From a virus (lineage: Duplodnaviria > Caudoviricetes), in IMG/VR virus record IMGVR_UViG_3300018063_000014, positions 1 through 57,698 of that record: 57,698 bases of DNA. One strand, written 5' to 3'. The position numbers and the translations under genes are program-made. Each line of letters starts with the position of its first letter. Positions within the stretch are counted from its first letter, which is position 1. The notes beneath the pieces are model-generated. The model was not told the origin of the DNA. It saw only the letters and a program-made list of their open reading frames with translations, and did no database searches. Below, one piece after another: positions 55,245-57,698 of the stretch.

Positions 55245-55601
55245 TCAACGACTTGATCGAATCGCCGCGCCTCTTTTTGCGTCGGGCTTCTTTGCAGGCG
55301 AGCGCGTACCGGACGACGCAGTTGATACAACCCCAGGAACAAATTTTGACTTTGCGATTAGCCATCTCATTCGGGCCTCCGCGTTGCTGTCCGGTCTAGC
55401 ACCGTACATTTCGTACATCTTGCCTCTGTATCTCGCTTGGACGGATTTCCAATTTGGGTTCTTGCGATTGCGAATTACGCCGTCCCTGATCCTTTGAATC
55501 CTCTCATCCGGCTTTCTGTGGGAAGCCCGCCAAGCCGGTAAGCCCAACGCACGGAGCTTCGCATAGTGTCTCCGGTTATAAGCGTTGCGATCATAGGGCA
55601 T
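55245..55601 (-). CDS. Basic hypothetical protein
   Basis: AGGAG RBS, Arg/Lys-rich. Confidence 0.5.
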   Translation of the reverse strand: MPYDRNAYNRRHYAKLRALGLPAWRASHRKPDERIQRIRDGVIRNRKNPNWKSVQARYRGKMYEMYGARPDSNAEARMRWLIAKSKFVPGVVSTASSGTRSPAKKPDAKRGAAIRSSR

Positions 55602-55610
55602 GACGTTCTC

Positions 55611-56456
55611 CTAGGTCGATACATGATAGTCGAGTCGCTTACGCCCGTGTTTTTCCGCAACGCTAATTCTGCCGACCACAACGCCAATCACCGCTGGCGA
55701 ATAAAGCGCCCGCTCCGCATAGCCGCCATGAGGTTCGCCTATCGTATAGGCGCGCTGAAAACACCCAACGCCGCTAAAATACTGCTTGAGATAGGTAACG
55801 TCGACTCCGGTTTCATCCCTGATCATCGGCTCCTTGACCAAGACCATCTTTTCATTATCGTGACCGGACACGTACCAATTCGCCATCAAGTATGTCTCCC
55901 GCATCCTGAGACGGCGGTTGACCTTCCCGCCAGTCAAGTAACCACCACCGAATCCGTGGTTGGCAAAAATCTCAAAGGGTAGGCCGTTAATGAGCAACCT
56001 ATAATTAAGTACATCGCCGAAGTATTGGCACCCGAGCTTTTCGGTCATGTACTGATCCGTGCTAATCGCGAACTTCGCGCCCTTCGGAACGAATGGGTCT
56101 TTGTAGTGATGCCCACGGAGAAGCCCGGCGATGTTCTTTCTGATCGGCCAGACCATCTCGCAAAATTGATCACACTGTGCCTGTACGTCAGCGTCCATTT
56201 TCTTCACGGTGGTCTCGTGCATCCCGTAGCCGCCCTCCGCAGCAACGAGAGCGGCCCTCTCCGATGGAGAAAACGTTTCGAAATAATCGCCCGTGCCAAA
56301 CACCCGGACCATGTCCCCCTGCTTCTGAAGATCCACGCACCACTGAATAAATTCCTTAAACCTGTCCAACTCTTCGTCACCCTGAATGTCGCCTATCGGA
56401 ACCACATACAAATTTTGCTTCGGCTTCAGCTTGATCGATTCGTTGTAAATGATCAT
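55611..56456 (-). CDS. Calcineurin-like metallophosphoesterase
   Basis: IGDIQ, GDYFE, GHH, NHG, SGHDN motif order. Confidence 0.75.
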   Translation of the reverse strand: MIIYNESIKLKPKQNLYVVPIGDIQGDEELDRFKEFIQWCVDLQKQGDMVRVFGTGDYFETFSPSERAALVAAEGGYGMHETTVKKMDADVQAQCDQFCEMVWPIRKNIAGLLRGHHYKDPFVPKGAKFAISTDQYMTEKLGCQYFGDVLNYRLLINGLPFEIFANHGFGGGYLTGGKVNRRLRMRETYLMANWYVSGHDNEKMVLVKEPMIRDETGVDVTYLKQYFSGVGCFQRAYTIGEPHGGYAERALYSPAVIGVVVGRISVAEKHGRKRLDYHVST

Positions 56457-56571
56457 ATAGCGTCAAACTGAAACCGTAAAACAGCCGGACAAAAAAAGAC
56501 ACTCCGTCGGGCTATCGCTTACGGCTGTGCGCACATCCTCCATTCGTTTGTGAGCCGATTTGAGAACGCGG

Positions 56572-56961
56572 TTAAAAGGACGACTCTTTGGTCTGCCCCT
56601 CGACGGTCTTGCGTAGCACCGCCATAATCCGGTCAAGCTCGCTATTCGCTTCCTTGATGTACCGATCGTAGGCTTCGAAGTCGCCCACTAGAAGCGCGGG
56701 GCCGAGGGCGGCTTGATATGAGTAGAGCAGGTCGTCGGAATCGCGGAGTTCCGCCATATTGGCGGGATTAATGGCGACTTCGGCATCGGCAAGCCACCCG
56801 AACACCTTCTTGAATTTTTGATCACGGTCCCAAAGCTCGCGCCATGGCTCAAGTCGGGAAACCATGTCGGCACGGGTCGGAGTCTTGACAGCCGTCGTGG
56901 CACAACCTAGAGAGGAAAGAAACAACGCGAGAATGGTAGCTCTAAGTATGTCTGTCATCAT
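56572..56961 (-). CDS. Lipoprotein
   Basis: Hydrophobic stretch ending SLGC lipobox. Confidence 0.65.
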   Translation of the reverse strand: MMTDILRATILALFLSSLGCATTAVKTPTRADMVSRLEPWRELWDRDQKFKKVFGWLADAEVAINPANMAELRDSDDLLYSYQAALGPALLVGDFEAYDRYIKEANSELDRIMAVLRKTVEGQTKESSF

Positions 56962-57290
56962 CGCCTTGCTCGCTTCGCCAACTCAATCATCACGTCCATA
57001 ATGACCTCACCGCAGGCCGCTACGATTTCCTTGCGTCTCTCTGGTCCATAGAGCCTGATGATCCGAGCCACTTCAACAATCGACGCCACGCCCTTTACGT
57101 CCTCGTCGAGAATACCGGCCGCGTTTATCTCAGCTTCGATGTATATCCAGCACCGCTCTCCCGCTGGGTCTTTGTACTTCCGCGCGATGGCTTCCGCTTG
57201 ACGCAAATCAAGCAGGGCTTTTTCTTGAAAAAGGGCGCAGCCGCCGACGAGCAGGCACAGCGCGAGAACGATTAAATTTCTCATTGGCAT
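56958..57290 (-). CDS. Lipoprotein
   Basis: MRNLIVLALCLLVGGC lipobox; AAGGA RBS. Confidence 0.7.
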   Translation of the reverse strand: MPMRNLIVLALCLLVGGCALFQEKALLDLRQAEAIARKYKDPAGERCWIYIEAEINAAGILDEDVKGVASIVEVARIIRLYGPERRKEIVAACGEVIMDVMIELAKRARR

Positions 57291-57495
57291 TCCTTCAATT
57301 CACCCAATTTCGGCAATTAACCTAATTCCCCCAACACGCCGCACGCGACCACAGAGTAAAGTTCTGCACACAGTATGCGACGGCGGAGAGGTAAATCACC
57401 GCGACTAGGGTCACACCGATACTGAGCCATGTAAAGAACCGCGTCATCGACTTCCCCTTTTTGGCCCTCAGTGTAAGGCGTCAAGTTTATTGACG

Positions 57496-57698
57496 CTAGG
57501 GGGCGGTGCCTAGCGACGGTTTCGGTTCGACCACATTGGGCACCGCCACGATGACCATGCAGGTAATCACGATGGCCAGTATGCCCTGGATTGCGGTCTG
57601 CACATCAGCGGGTAAGGTAAGCCCGATAAGACCGGCGTTGTAGACGATCAGAATCTTGAAGTAGCCTGCAAGTTCCGTGGCGAAGGGAACGCTGCCTG
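57496..57698 (-). CDS. Partial holin-like membrane protein (5' end outside window)
   Basis: Translated by hand: ...YFKILIVYNAGLIGLTLPADVQTAIQGILAIVITCMVIVAVPN...; two hydrophobic segments near lysis genes. Confidence 0.55.
   Translation of the reverse strand, partial: GSVPFATELAGYFKILIVYNAGLIGLTLPADVQTAIQGILAIVITCMVIVAVPNVVEPKPSLGTAP

Noticed and set aside
1-57698. Diversity-generating retroelement, expected from the BPP-1-like head genes
   Set aside because: No reverse transcriptase ORF and no TR/VR pair noticed; it could lie outside the window.
1-57698. Stop-codon reassignment
   Set aside because: Long genes are intact under code 11 and TAA, TAG and TGA all occur as terminators at coupled junctions; no suppressor tRNA.

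Overview
The window is most of a temperate dsDNA phage genome, almost all on the minus strand; no host housekeeping genes are visible. Reading the minus strand from the right end: holin-like and lipoprotein genes, a metallophosphoesterase, a Mom-like GNAT, a GH24 endolysin, a four-tRNA array (His, Thr, Pro, Ala), and two plus-strand XRE regulators. These are followed by recombination and replication genes (pentapeptide protein, RecT-like SSAP, PD-(D/E)XK exonuclease, C5 DNA methyltransferase, initiator, DnaB), Xis and a tyrosine integrase with an attP-like region, a short plus-strand gene island and a second lambda-O-like initiator. The structural module is podovirus-like (BPP-1/T7 type): TerS, intein-containing TerL, portal, scaffold, major capsid, tail tubular A/B, internal virion proteins and tail fibres, running off the left edge. 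Best leads: (1) a trp-like leader-peptide attenuator directly upstream of the tRNA array, enriched in codons those tRNAs read; (2) a methyltransferase ORF whose alternative frame carries both its motif-IX beta subunit and a complete HNH gene; (3) tail-region genes with signal peptides and paired Cys, including a T7-type tail fibre; (4) dispersed (CGTAAAA)n heptamer arrays overlapping promoters; (5) two initiators, each with its own iterons; (6) atypical tRNAs. All family assignments come from motif recognition by eye; no database searches or folding programs were run.
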